From an uncultured Verrucomicrobiae bacterium (GTDB lineage: Bacteria > Verrucomicrobiota > Verrucomicrobiia > Limisphaerales > JAFGQR01): a stretch of DNA of 64,000 nucleotides. Positions 32,101 to 43,305 of this stretch are shown piece after piece. The position numbers were made by a program, and so were the translations under genes. The DNA is taken from contig CAWBHS010000057.1 of NCBI GenBank assembly GCA_963788655.1, forward strand, positions 32,001 through 96,000, in the 5' to 3' direction. Under the pieces are notes generated by a model. That model was not told the origin of the DNA. It did not search any database and saw only the letters and a list, made by a program, of their open reading frames with translations. The first letter of the stretch is position 1. The number at the start of each line of letters is the position of its first letter.

Positions 32101-34299
32101 TTCATGAAGGTCTTGTCGCTGTAGGGCGCGTACAACACGAAATCCGATTCCGATGGGAAACCCAGCAGGGAAGCATTTTTGTCGTTGCCGTAGTCGTCCT
32201 CGATTTCCAGGTTCAACGATTTTTTGGGAAACCCGAGCGAGCTTTGCCCATGCTGCTCCAATCCGGCCCGGCCATGGAAATCGATTTTGCCAAACAACGA
32301 GGCGCGACCAGAGGGCTGGGCGGTGTCAATGAACGTCACCGAGACAGGCACTTTGGGAATGGCGTCGGCGGGTACGTAGCGACCAAAACTGTCCAGGATC
32401 ACCAACGGCAGGTTCGAAGTGAACTCCAGCGCACTCGGCTCCAGCAACGTGTAGCTTTCCGACGCCGGGGGACTGGCGAGCGTGCCGGGGCCAATGGCCA
32501 CCGCCGTCACCAGCGCGCTGTTCGTCACGGCGATCGGCCCGCTGTACACCGGTGAATCCTGCGTGGGCGTGTCGCCGTTGAGGGTGTAGTGGATCACCCC
32601 ACCCGGTGTCGTCGTCGCGAGCGTAACCACCAGGTCATTGGTAAACAGTCCGCCCGCTTTCGAGAATTCGACCGGCGCCGCCACCATGGGCACACTCGTC
32701 CCATTCGGCGCTCCCGGGGTGGGCGGATAGTAATAACCCACCGCGCTTCCATTGAGGCCAAACTCGATCAATTCGGCGCGCACCAGGAAATCCGGACTGT
32801 CGGCCGCGTCATTCAACCCTTGGAGGGCCAGTAGATTGTCGCCTTCCTGCAAAACGTCGAGGAAGGACGAAATGCTGATCAATTCGTATTTCGAACCAGA
32901 GTGGACACTGGTCGCGGGGGTATCCCAATCGGGGGACGTTCGGCGCGTTGCGTCGCGCCACCTCCACGCCGTTCAGATACGCCACAAAACCGTCGTCGTA
33001 TTTCACCTTCAAGAGCAACGACTCGAGGGCGACCGCATTGGTGACCGCAAACGGAATGCGGACGTAGGCTGACACCTGGTTGCTTTGCATCAGCGATTGC
33101 ACGTCGGTGCGAATGTCGCCGCGGTAACCGCCGCCGCTCTGGTATCCGCCGGCAATCGGCACGGAAGAGACTTCCAAGCCGCCGTTTTCGGTGTCGCCGA
33201 CGAGATGGAAATCAGTCGCGTTCCAAGCCGTCTGGATGCCGGGCGCAGCCCAGAGTTCAACTTCGGAACCGCCGGCACGCTCGTAATAAACCAAGTGTAT
33301 CTGGTACAGACCGGCGGTTGGGAACGTGAAGGTACCAAAGGTATCCGCCGCCCCGCGTGCGGCGGCGTATTCGACCGAGAAGGTGTCCACATCCAGATGA
33401 AACCCGTCGTCGCTGTTCACCACGAAGGTCCAGTCGCCGGCCGCAGGGATGGTTATGGTACCGAAGGCCTCAACGACGTAATCATCGATGTCCGTCCCCA
33501 TCGTCAATCCCGGAAAGGTCCGGTTGCTGGTGGCATCATGGCCGTCGCTTGAGGTGCCAAAGTAGTTGATGAACGGCGCATTCTCCGTGTTCGTGCCGCT
33601 GCGTTGGGCGGGCGTTGCCAGAACCGTTTGCGCCGTAGTCAGACTGTCCACCGTCACCGAGGCCTTGTAATTATAAACCGCAAAACCCGGCACTGCGGTT
33701 TCGTACCCGACACCATTGGTGCCGGCAATCCAAGCACCATCGTCGAACGCATTGCTCACCCAACTGGTCCCCAGCGCGCCGTCGGTGGGCACCCAGACGC
33801 GGGCCGGCGGCTTCTGGCTCAAGATCGTTCTTGTACGTCCGTAACCGTAGGAAATCTCCGGATATTGCTCTGGAAATTGCGGCGCGTAGGCGGATACGAT
33901 GGTGGTGCCGTCCGGGCGCACCAGCGCCAGAAACTCGCCGCCGCCGCTCAGCGCGAAACTGGTGTGCAGCGGGGCGCCGGGCACCGCGCGATTATCTCCG
34001 GAAGCGAACACCACCAGGAAGGCATTGGCCTCGATATTCGTCGCCGGGAAGGTCCATTTGATAAGGTTGTTGGGATTGTCCGTCAGATGCCAGCCGCCCA
34101 AGTTGACCGGCTGATCGCCGGGGTTGTAAACCTCGATCCAATCGGCAAACCGCCCATACTCGTCCGCCAGGGTTCGGTCATTGAGGGCCATGAATTCGGT
34201 AATGACCAGATTATCCTGAGCGGAAGCCAACGAGACCGAGTTGAGGAGCAAGCCGACCAGGGCCAGGGTGCTGAGGGAAAAAGTTCTGAAACGTTTCAT
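26142..34299 (-). CDS. CotH-family kinase / LTD / PA14 / lectin / Ig multidomain secreted protein #1 (~2,718 aa; +1 frameshift ~32939)
   Basis: Signal peptide; LTD (ITEFMALN..DWIEVYN); PA14-like NSDDGF; YTLNG.TP fn3-like unit; CotH motifs HGQSSLGFPKK, Y.GIYVLLEKIK, QIDGYRLSNY, PVWDWNLSFGN; further LTDs; Ig repeats (YQWxxNG); Asp-rich DGDGLPD.WE motif; terminal YYR domain. Confidence 0.9.
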
Positions 34300-34348
34300 A
34301 CGATTTCAATCCGTGCTACAAGCAATGTGGGTTGATTGATTGGTTTTT

Positions 34349-34380
34349 CCTATACTCTAAATCAGTCCGCAAAGCCAGCA
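34349..34380 (-). promoter_or_regulatory. Putative promoter shared with CotH gene #2 (TGCTGGC-N9-TGAT-N6-TATA)
   Basis: TGCTGGCtttgcggacTGATttagagTATAGG; identical spacing at 42604-42635. Confidence 0.5.
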
Positions 34381-34511
34381 CAAAGTTTGCATGCCGCAAC
34401 TGACACAGCGCACTACTCAGCCAAACCAGGGAATCCCTCGGCGCTGACATTCTGAGAACGCGGCATGGGGGTCAGTCGCTGCGCTGCCGGTTGGTTTGCT
34501 CAAGTCTGCCA

Positions 34512-37500
34512 TTATTGGATCGGCGTGACGATGCGATAGAACCGTCCGCCCTCGGCCGCTACGCCAGAATCCAGGAAGTCCACCGACGGCGGAGTCGCTG
34601 CGGGTTCGATGTCGGTCAATTTCAGCCAAGGCCCTTCCGTCAAGCTGGTCCGGGTACTGGAATCGTGTACCCGACATTGGGCGCCGTTTTGAATTGAATG
34701 CGCGCTCCCCCGCTGTCACCCACCAAACTCACCCGCAGAACGCTGGCGTTGCTGCCCGGGTCGGTGCCGCTAACAAATTCCTGCCAGTTGGTGCGCCCGT
34801 CGTGGTCCGGGTCGAGATCGCGATCCGACGCATCGCAAGGATTCAAGCCGTGCGCCAGTTCCCAGGTGTCGCTCATGCCGTCACCATCGCTGTCCCCGTC
34901 GAGCAGGGTCAACGTGGCGGCGTCACTGGGCGTCGCGCCAAAAAGATTGCTGACCACCACCGAGTAACGGCCCTCATCGGCCAGGCCCGGCTGAACGATC
35001 ACCAGGCTGGCATTGGTTTCATTGGCCAGGCGATTGGTCGCATTGAACCACCATTGGTAGCTCAAGGGCGCCCCGCTGGCTTCGACCGTGAACACCGCAT
35101 TCGAGCAGACATGCACCGCTTGATCCGCCGGTTGCGTGACAATGGTCGGAGCCACGGGCAGCGTCAGATACGCCACGTGGCTCGTGGCGCTGGCGGCCGG
35201 ATTGCTCGCCACAAACGTGTACGCGCCGGCGTCGCTGGCCTGCACGCTGTTGAGGCTGTAACTGGTGCCGGTGGCGCCGGCGATCGGAGCGTCATTGTGC
35301 CACCATTGGAACGTCAACGGCGCTTCGCCGCTCGCGCCGGCATGGAAGGTAACCGGGGCACCCAGCGCGGCCGATTGATTGGTCGGCTGCAGCGTAATGG
35401 CCGGGCCGTCAATGACGGTCACATAGGCATAGGCACTGGCAGTTTGGTAGGTCTGAACACTGTTGCTGATGCCCACGCGATACCGATTCTCGTGGAGGGC
35501 CTTCTGCGCGTTGGTAATCACCAGCACGCTCGTGCTGACGTACGCCGAGTTCGTCACGGCATAGGTGTACCCGCCTCCGGATTCGAAGTTATAATACCCG
35601 TTCCCGAGGCGCCAATAATAGCCGATCGGCAACGTGCCCCGAACCGTCAGACTGATGGTGAAGGTGCTGCCCGAGGCCACCACCTGATTGGTCGGGAAGG
35701 GGCCTTCCACGATGGCCGGCGGCAGGAGCAACAACACCAGCGCGGGATGGCTCTCGCGCGATCCCACCGCGTCGGTAACCACCACCGTGTAGATCCCGTC
35801 ATTCACGTCGAGTTGGAGATCCGTCACGGTCAGCGAGGCGCTGGTCGCGCCGGGAACATCGATTCCATTGCGCCGCCATTGGTAGCTCAGAGAACCCGTG
35901 CCCGAGGCGACGACGGAGAGCATCGCCGTGCCGCCAGCATCCACGGTTTGGCTTTCCGGTTGCGTCAGAATACGCGGTAGCGCCACTTTCCTCCCTGTCC
36001 AATTGGCGGGATCGTTCCCGTATGCCGCCACGTCAATGCGAAGCAGAGAAAGCCCCTGACCGTCGGCTTCTGTAGGCCAGGGTGCGAGGTCGCTATATTT
36101 CACTTTATCGACGAGAATATAATCCGGCAGTAGCGTGTCCGGATCCGGTTCACCGGGTTTGGCCAGTTCCACACTGTCCGCCGAATTGTCCAACTTGCCG
36201 TCATAAGGCCCAAAGACCGGGACACTATCATCAAAGCCGTAAGCTGCCCAGAACGCCGCCAGCAAATCAGGCCTGATGACCGGATCAAAGCTGACCACCA
36301 ACAAATCCTCACCGGCAGGCAGCACGGTGTTTACCGGAAACTGGAAGTCCACGGCATCCTTCAGCCGCCAAGTATTGGCCGGATGATTCAGGTCGTACAG
36401 TAAGACCGGGCCGTCGCTGATATTGTGCAGTTTGATGTATTCATCGTCCTGGTTGTCGAGGCCACCCTGATAATCGGGCGGATGGTACATAATTTCGCTG
36501 ATGACCACCGGCCCAATGATTGGCCCGTCGTTAACCGCATTCAGCGTCACCGCGGTTTGCGCTACAAAATCATCCTTCCCTTCACTGGTCACCCAGCGAC
36601 CGAAGGAGACGTTGACGTCGGAGGGACCGAAGTCGAAGCCGTGATAATACCCGGTGAGTTCACCCGCGGCGTTGGCAGAGAACAGATATACTTGATCGCC
36701 TTCCGCCCGCAGCGCGAAACTGGTCGGACTGCCGGGGGAGGGATTGAATTGGTTTTCATAGAATACCAGATAATCGTTGGGGGCAATGCTGGTGCCGGCG
36801 GGGATGCGGAATTTCTTTGGTACCCTGAAGTTGTCACTCAAGTACCAGTTCCCAATATCAGCGGTGGTGCCACCGGGATTGTACAATTCAATGGCGTCCG
36901 AAAACGGGGGCTGGCTGTGAGCCAACGCCTCGTTGATGACCACCGGCGTGAACGACGCAGGCGGCGGATCGGCCAGCCCCGGCGAACCACCCACGGCGCT
37001 GCTGGCGCGCCAATTCGCGGCGGCGTCCCACATATCCGAGCTGAGTAGCGGGTCCGGAAACACCAACGAGAAACCATTGCCATCGGTCATCGGCTGCCAG
37101 CCATCTTTGTAGGTGAAGTCCAGAATGGGTTCACCGTAAGGACCGGACAGCCGGAGGTGCTCACCGGCATTGTCCAAGTAGCCGGTGTATTGTCCCACCA
37201 CGTTGAAACCAGTCCCGTAGCGCGACTGGAAGGCGACCATACTGCTGACCAGCAGGAGGCTTTGATTGGGCGCCAGCAAATTTGGCGCGTACTTGGCGTA
37301 GCTCACTTCCACATTCTCCAGGTCGATTCCCAGGTCCATGCCACCCGAGCGGCTGGCAAATTCAACGCGCGAGTTTCCCGGAAAGAAATTCGGCACCAGC
37401 AAGTCCGAATAAACATTGACCGGTGCGCCGGGCGTGCCGAAGACATCCGGCGTCAAAGTCAGATTGACATACGAGCCCTCGAGGGCTTTGACCACTTCGA

Positions 37501-40500
37501 GGTGCGCGTGATGAAACACGCCGCTGTCCAGGTTCAACGTATTGGGCGAGACAAAGGCACTGCCCGCGGTGGCGCCGTTCCAATGCACGTCCACGTCGTT
37601 GATCAACGTCGAGCTGTGCATGAGGAAATCGAGCGCAAACGTGTTCGCCAAATCAGGGGCGTCGAGGTAATCGCTGGTTGTGGTTCCCGCCCCGGTGGTG
37701 CCGAACGCCGCGTCGGGCAGCAACAACAGGGACAAGCCGCCGGGCGTGGCCGGAGCTTGCGTCAGATACTCAACGCTGAGGTTGTCGATGTCCTGGTCCG
37801 CGAAAGAGCCTCCCGTGCGGGCGCAGAAACCGGCGCGGCCGCGGTAGGGCGTCACGCCGTTGATCACGTAATCGTTGAACAACGTCTCGGTGGCTCCCCC
37901 GGCGCCGTTGACGTCCGGCTTCAGTTTCACCGTGACCAGTGCCTGCGAGGTCTGGAACTTAATGATGATCTGGGCGTGATGGAATTGGCCCGAGGGCAAG
38001 GTCAGGCTGGGCGTCGCGGCGGCGCCGGCGATTTGGTTACCATTCCAATGCAAGGAGACATGGTTGCCGTTGGGCTCGTTGGCGGTGGCCGGCATGTTGA
38101 AATAATTATCAAATCCTACGCCGATGGAGCTTCCGAAGTTCGCGTCTTCACTCCAGCCGGTCGCTGGCGCGCCGCTGGTTCCCCCGTTCGCCGTGTTCAT
38201 GAAGACGAACCCCATGCCGTCCGCCGGGGAGCCACTGGAGGTCATGCGGAAATCGAAATTAATGACGACGTAATTGTATGCCGAAGCGGCGGTGGCATCG
38301 AAAAACACCCCGCCGTTCTCGTTGCCTACTTGGCGAGTGATGCGTACAATATTGGCCAGTGGATCCCGCGTCCGCAGCCATCACCGCCGGCGTTGCCGGC
38401 TCCGCGATGTCGTAACTCATCACCGTATAAGCCGTGCCAGCCTCATCAAAATTCTGCGTCGTGGGCGTCCCTGCGGTGGGCGGTGGCGTGGCGTTGTTCG
38501 CGCGGAAATCAAAGTCGGCCGTCACGATGTCGTACGGGCCCGCGGCAGTCTGGTCGAACGTAATCCGGTTGCGATTGACGCCGGTGGCCTGGGTGGCCAA
38601 CCGCAGAAAGCTGCCCGCCGGGCCACCGGTGGTGACCACGGCGCCGGGACCCGCTCCCAGTTGCGAGGCGGTGTAACTCGTGCCGCTGCTGTCAAAGTTG
38701 TTAGTGGTAGCCGTGCCGGTCGTTTCCAGCGGCCCCGCGGGGAAGGTGAAATCAATGCCGTCGGACAACGTAATGCCGGTCAAATCCAGTGCATTGGTGC
38801 CAGCATTGGTCAGTTCGACGTATTCGAAATCCTCGTCGTTGTAGCCCAGCCCGGGCGCGGGATGATACATCAGTTCGGTAATGGCCAGCGAGGGGATGGG
38901 ATAGCCCATGATCGCGCTGGCAGGCGGGCTCCAGGAATTGGTCAGCCAGGAGCGCGCCACGATGCGCGCCGTATCGGACGGCGTAAATGCACCGGAGTAA
39001 GCCACGGCATTGGGTGAAATCCGTCCGCCTGGCAGACGCGGATCGCTGCCGTCCAGCGTGTAATAAATGGTGCCAGCCGGCGCGGTCATGCTCAATGGCG
39101 TCGCTGGGTTATTGGTGTAGCGGTTGAACGTCGGCGCCTTGAGGTAAAGCGCATCAATCCAGCCGAACCGGCCGGTGATCCATCGTTTCATTTCGTTGAT
39201 CAGATTGGCATAGGAACCCGGCGTGGCATAGTTCACGTTCCAACTTGCCGTGGTGGCATCGATGCTGGTATCGACCAGATTGTTGCCATCCGGATTGGGC
39301 CACACCCAGGCGGACAACCGCGGCCAGCGCGCGAAATCGCGTGCCTGCGCTTCGGCCAGGTAGTTGGTGAGTTCGTCGATTCGAGCCAGCAGATTGGACG
39401 GCGCAAACAGGCCCACCCGCAGTTCGCCCCAACGGTCGATGGTCTTTTGCACAAAGTCTGGATCGCCGGTATTGCTGCTGCCATCGCCAACCAACCGGTC
39501 AAGGTACATGTGCTGCGCGGGGGTGATGAGCGCGTAGTACCAGCCATTGGTGAGTCCCCCGTCCAGGTAATTGGCGTTGCCGAAACTCAAGTTCCAATCC
39601 CAGATCGGGTCCATAAAGATTTTGCCGCCCCGATCCTTGTGCAGGTAATTGCTCAACCGGTACCCGTCGATCTGCTTGGCGAACTCGACGATCCAATGGA
39701 AATCGACGAAGGACTTCACGTTGATGTATTTCCCGTAACCGTTCACGGGATCACGCCAGTTTGGTCCGTACAGGACGCCTTCAAACTCATTGAGGTAATT
39801 GGTCAACCAGGATTTCTGGGCGGGGGTTAACTCCTGCGCGCTCGGATCGTGATACTTGAGTGATTCGCCGGCGAGATCGGTACTGGTTTGCGTGAGCGTC
39901 GTGAACACCTGGTCGCCGGGGCTGCCCTTGTCCCGCTTCCAGATGTAACCCCCGGTGATGGCTGGCTCGGTGTTGTCCTCTGGTCCGAGCTTGGCAATAT
40001 CCACCCGGTGCTTGTCGATCTTGATTTTCTCGACCAGCACGTAGATGCCCACGTAATCATTCGTGCCGACCTTGCCGGAGGTATCCGCGGTGCCGCCTTG
40101 CCAACTGCCGTTCAGAAAGACCTCGACGAATCGCCGTCTCACGGCGTAGTGCCCCATCTTCTCGTGCAGTTCGTAGGCCAGGAAATTGTTTAAGAATGTC
40201 TTGTCCGAATACGGATTATACAACGCCCAATCCGATTCGGCGGGCATGCCCAGCAACGACACCGCTTTGTCCTGGTCATTATCGTCGCGAGTTTCGACGT
40301 TGATGCCCTTCTTGGGGAAGCCCCACGACGACTGGCCGCGGCCTTCCACGCCCGCGCGTCCATGGTAATCCGGGCGGTCCAGCAGCGTGACGCGATCGGC
40401 GAGTTTGGGTTTATCGATGACCGCGATGGCGGCGGTGGCACGGGGATCCATGTTCTGTTGGAGCACCTGGCCGAAGGTGTTGATGATCATCAACGGCAGG

Positions 40501-42558
40501 TTCGAGCTGAAGGCGGCGGCATTGGCATCAAGCAGCGTATAACTCTGCGAGGCATTGCGGCTGGGCAGGTAACCGGTGGCATACACTTTGGCGGTCACCA
40601 TGGCGCTGTTGGTGATGGTCAACGGGGTGGTGTATTGCGGTGAATCCTCGGTGGGCAGGCCGCCGTCGAGCGTGTAACGGATGATCGCCCCGGGAATGGT
40701 GGAGGTGAGTTCCACCACCTGGTCATTGGTAAACACACCGCCGGCCACGGAAAAACCGGGCGCCGGGGCAATCTCGGCTTCGCCCTCGGTATTGAGGGCG
40801 CCGGGCGACGGTTCGGCGAAGTAGAGTTGGGCGTTGGTTTGCACGGTGACGTCACGGGCCACGAGTTGGGGCAATACCAGGAAGTCACCATTGGTGGACG
40901 CAATGTTCAGGCCTTGAATTGCCAGGACATTCGGCCCCGCCTGGAGCAGGGACAAAGCATCCGACAGATCGAAATTCTGGGCCGGCACCAGGCCACTGGG
41001 ATAGCCGAATTGGACGTCGAAATTGTCCAGGTCCACCGACATGTCGGAGCCGCCCGTGCGGCCGGCGATCTGCACGCGGCAATCGTACTGCGGCATCCCG
41101 GGAATCAGGGTACTGGTTGATGGCGGTGAACGGCGCGCCGGGTGTGCCATTGATATTGGGCGTGATCACCACCGTGACTCGCGCGCCACCGGTCACGTAC
41201 GCCAGCGTGATATGGCAGTGGTGGAACTGGCCGGAAACCATGTCGATGGTGCTCGTAGGAATGGTGTAGTTTTCATATTCGGTTCCATTCCAATGAGCGG
41301 AAACGTCATTCACCGTGCCGTGGGGATACATATCGAAACCAATCGCGAACACATTGGCAAAATTCGGTTTCTCCACCCCCCCGACCGCGCTGATGCCCAC
41401 CCCGGTCGTAGCGTATTGGGATGTGGGGATCAGCATGAAGGCAAAACCGTCCGCCGGATCATTGGCCGTGTCGGTGATCCGAAAATCGAAGTCGGCGTCG
41501 ATCAGCGGGAATAAGCCCGCGGCGGTCTGATGGAACGCGATGCTGTTGACCTGGCCGTTGATACCGTCGTTGAGCAACCGCAGGAATTGTCCCGTCGAAC
41601 CGGCGTTCGCCGCCATGACGGTGGGCCCTGGCGCGACACCCTGTTGCGAAGGCGTGTAGGCGCTGCTAACGCTGTCAAAATCCGTTTGAAGCACGCCGGC
41701 GGCGCCGGGTTCGCTGCCATGAGTATCCGTCGCCGTCGAATTCCAAACGGCATTCGGCGGCGCGTTGTTCCGGGCCACTTCCACACCATTCAGGTAGGCG
41801 ATGAATCCGTCGTCGTATTGCATGCGCAAGGTCATCTCCTGAAATTGCGATGGATCCGCTACAGTGAACGGAACCCGCACATACGCCGACGGATTGCCGT
41901 TGAGCATTTGCGCCTGGAGATCGGTACTAATGGCGGTATCGTAATTAGTGCCCGTATCAAAACCCACGCCCGTCGCGCCGCTCAACCAGGAAGAATCGTC
42001 GTAACCAATACCCGTCCAGGCGGTGCCAACGTCGGCCGTAGGCACCAACGCTTTGGCCGGCGCACCAACAACCACCAACGACGTCAGTGGCCCGGCCAGC
42101 ATGCCCAAACCGTACGAAATATTGGCGGTCTGGGCGGGGAATCGCGGAGCGTAGTAGGACACGATGGAACTGCCGTCGGGACGGACCAGTGCCAGTAGTT
42201 CCCCGTCGCTGGACAGCCGGAAATTCGTGTGCAATGGCGCCCCGACATTGGCGCGGTCTTTGCCCGAAGCGAACACCACCAAGTAACTGTGAGCGGCCAG
42301 GTTGGTTGCCGGAAATTGCCACTTGACGAGCAGTCCGATGTTGTCCGTCAGGAACCAACCATCGAGGTTCACGGCGTTAGCCGCGGGATTATACAGCTCG
42401 AGCCAATCCGAATACTCACCGTCTTCATCCGCCAGACCGCCGGCATTGACCGCCAGAAACTCCGTGATGAGCGGAGTATCCTGGGCCCGGGAGGACAACG
42501 GCGCGAGGGTTTGAATCAAAAGGAAGATTCCAGGAAGGTAGAACTTGCTGATTTTCAT
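34512..42558 (-). CDS. CotH-family kinase / LTD / L-type lectin / Ig protein #2 (~2,680 aa; +1 frameshifts ~41109, ~38349, two at ~34650-34660)
   Basis: Signal peptide; LTD; lectin-like DPADGFAF..GFD; CotH RGQSSWGFPKK, QIDGYRLSNY, PIWDWNLSFGN; LTDs; Ig repeats. Restored C-terminus YTIQYRTSLTEGPWLKL..GGRFYRIVTPIQ*, stop at 34512-34514. Confidence 0.9.
34812..35920. repeat. ~1.1-kb near-identical duplication, copy A (copy B 43604-44712)
   Basis: Constant offset 8792 nt; fewer than about 20 substitutions seen by eye; encodes Ig domains and the Asp-rich motif. Confidence 0.92.
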
Positions 42559-42603
42559 ATTCTGTTACGTTTGGTAACAAACGTTGTGGACTGTTCTCCA
42601 TTG

Positions 42604-42635
42604 CTTATAGCAAACATCAATGGATTCGGCCAGCA
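42604..42635 (-). promoter_or_regulatory. Putative promoter shared with CotH gene #1
   Basis: TGCTGGCcgaatccatTGATgtttgcTATAAG; palindrome TGTTAC-N5-GTAACA at 42563-42579 next to the start codon. Confidence 0.5.
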
Positions 42636-42760
42636 GAAATTTGGGGAAGCTTTTCAAATTTCCAAATCACCGTCATGCTTGCGTCGGCGTGCAGGGCGCC
42701 ATAAACTAACTTCAGGCGGCAACCTTGGGTTTGCATGCCCAAGCCAACCATATCATCGCA

Positions 42761-42952
42761 ATGGGCATTTACGATCGAGATTATATGAAACGCCGTCCCG
42801 ATGAGCATTCGGGACGCTCTTCGTCATCAAACGGAAATCTGGAAGGTTTTGCGCAGCGTTTTTTGAGAAGATATCCGCGTCTTCCGCAAATCGTCATCAT
42901 CGCTCTCATCGTCCTGGTGGTGCTGGCCATCCTGATCACCAAATTGACATAG
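42761..42952 (+). CDS. Small single-pass membrane protein (63 aa) with N-terminal MGIYDRDY motif
   Basis: MGIYDRDYMKRRP...RFLRRYPRLPQIVIIALIVLVVLAILITKLT*; one clear C-terminal TM helix preceded by basic residues. Confidence 0.7.
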   Translation: MGIYDRDYMKRRPDEHSGRSSSSNGNLEGFAQRFLRRYPRLPQIVIIALIVLVVLAILITKLT

Positions 42953-42956
42953 GCAA

Positions 42957-43297
42957 CGTGCGGCTGGCGTCCCGCCGGCAGAAACAAATCCAGACGCATC
43001 GGTCGAACAACTCGGCGCCGCCCACGGGAACGAATGCCCCATCCCCAATGACCAAGGACCAGAGAATGCCCAGATCCCAAGCCCCACGCCGAATTGGCAC
43101 AGCCCTTTCACAGGATTGGGCAATTGGTCGCAGCCGCCGTTCCCAAACGGCCGGCAAGATGCCGGCAGCACGTTGGGACAGCGTGCTGTCGGCGTCTCGC
43201 CGACAGAAACGAATAGGCCCGGACGCGATCGGACTATGACCTTGGCTCGCGACGCATTGCTGCGTTCGAACTGCCGGCAAGATGCCGGCAGCACGTT
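42957..43297. repeat. REP cluster (two inverted doublets) with embedded heptamer array
   Basis: GCCGGCAAGATGCCGGCAGCACGTT at 43150-43174 and 43273-43297; degenerate inverted partners at ~42957-42983 and ~43182-43207; aatgacc aaggacc..aatgccc agatccc aagcccc at ~43047-43085. Lies between convergent genes. Confidence 0.8.
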
Positions 43298-43305
43298 TTA
43301 ATGGC

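Noticed and set aside
42781..43301. Several ORFs of 60-155 aa (e.g. 42827-43294, 42936-43280)
   Set aside because: They are translations of the REP/heptamer cluster (LPASCR repeats).
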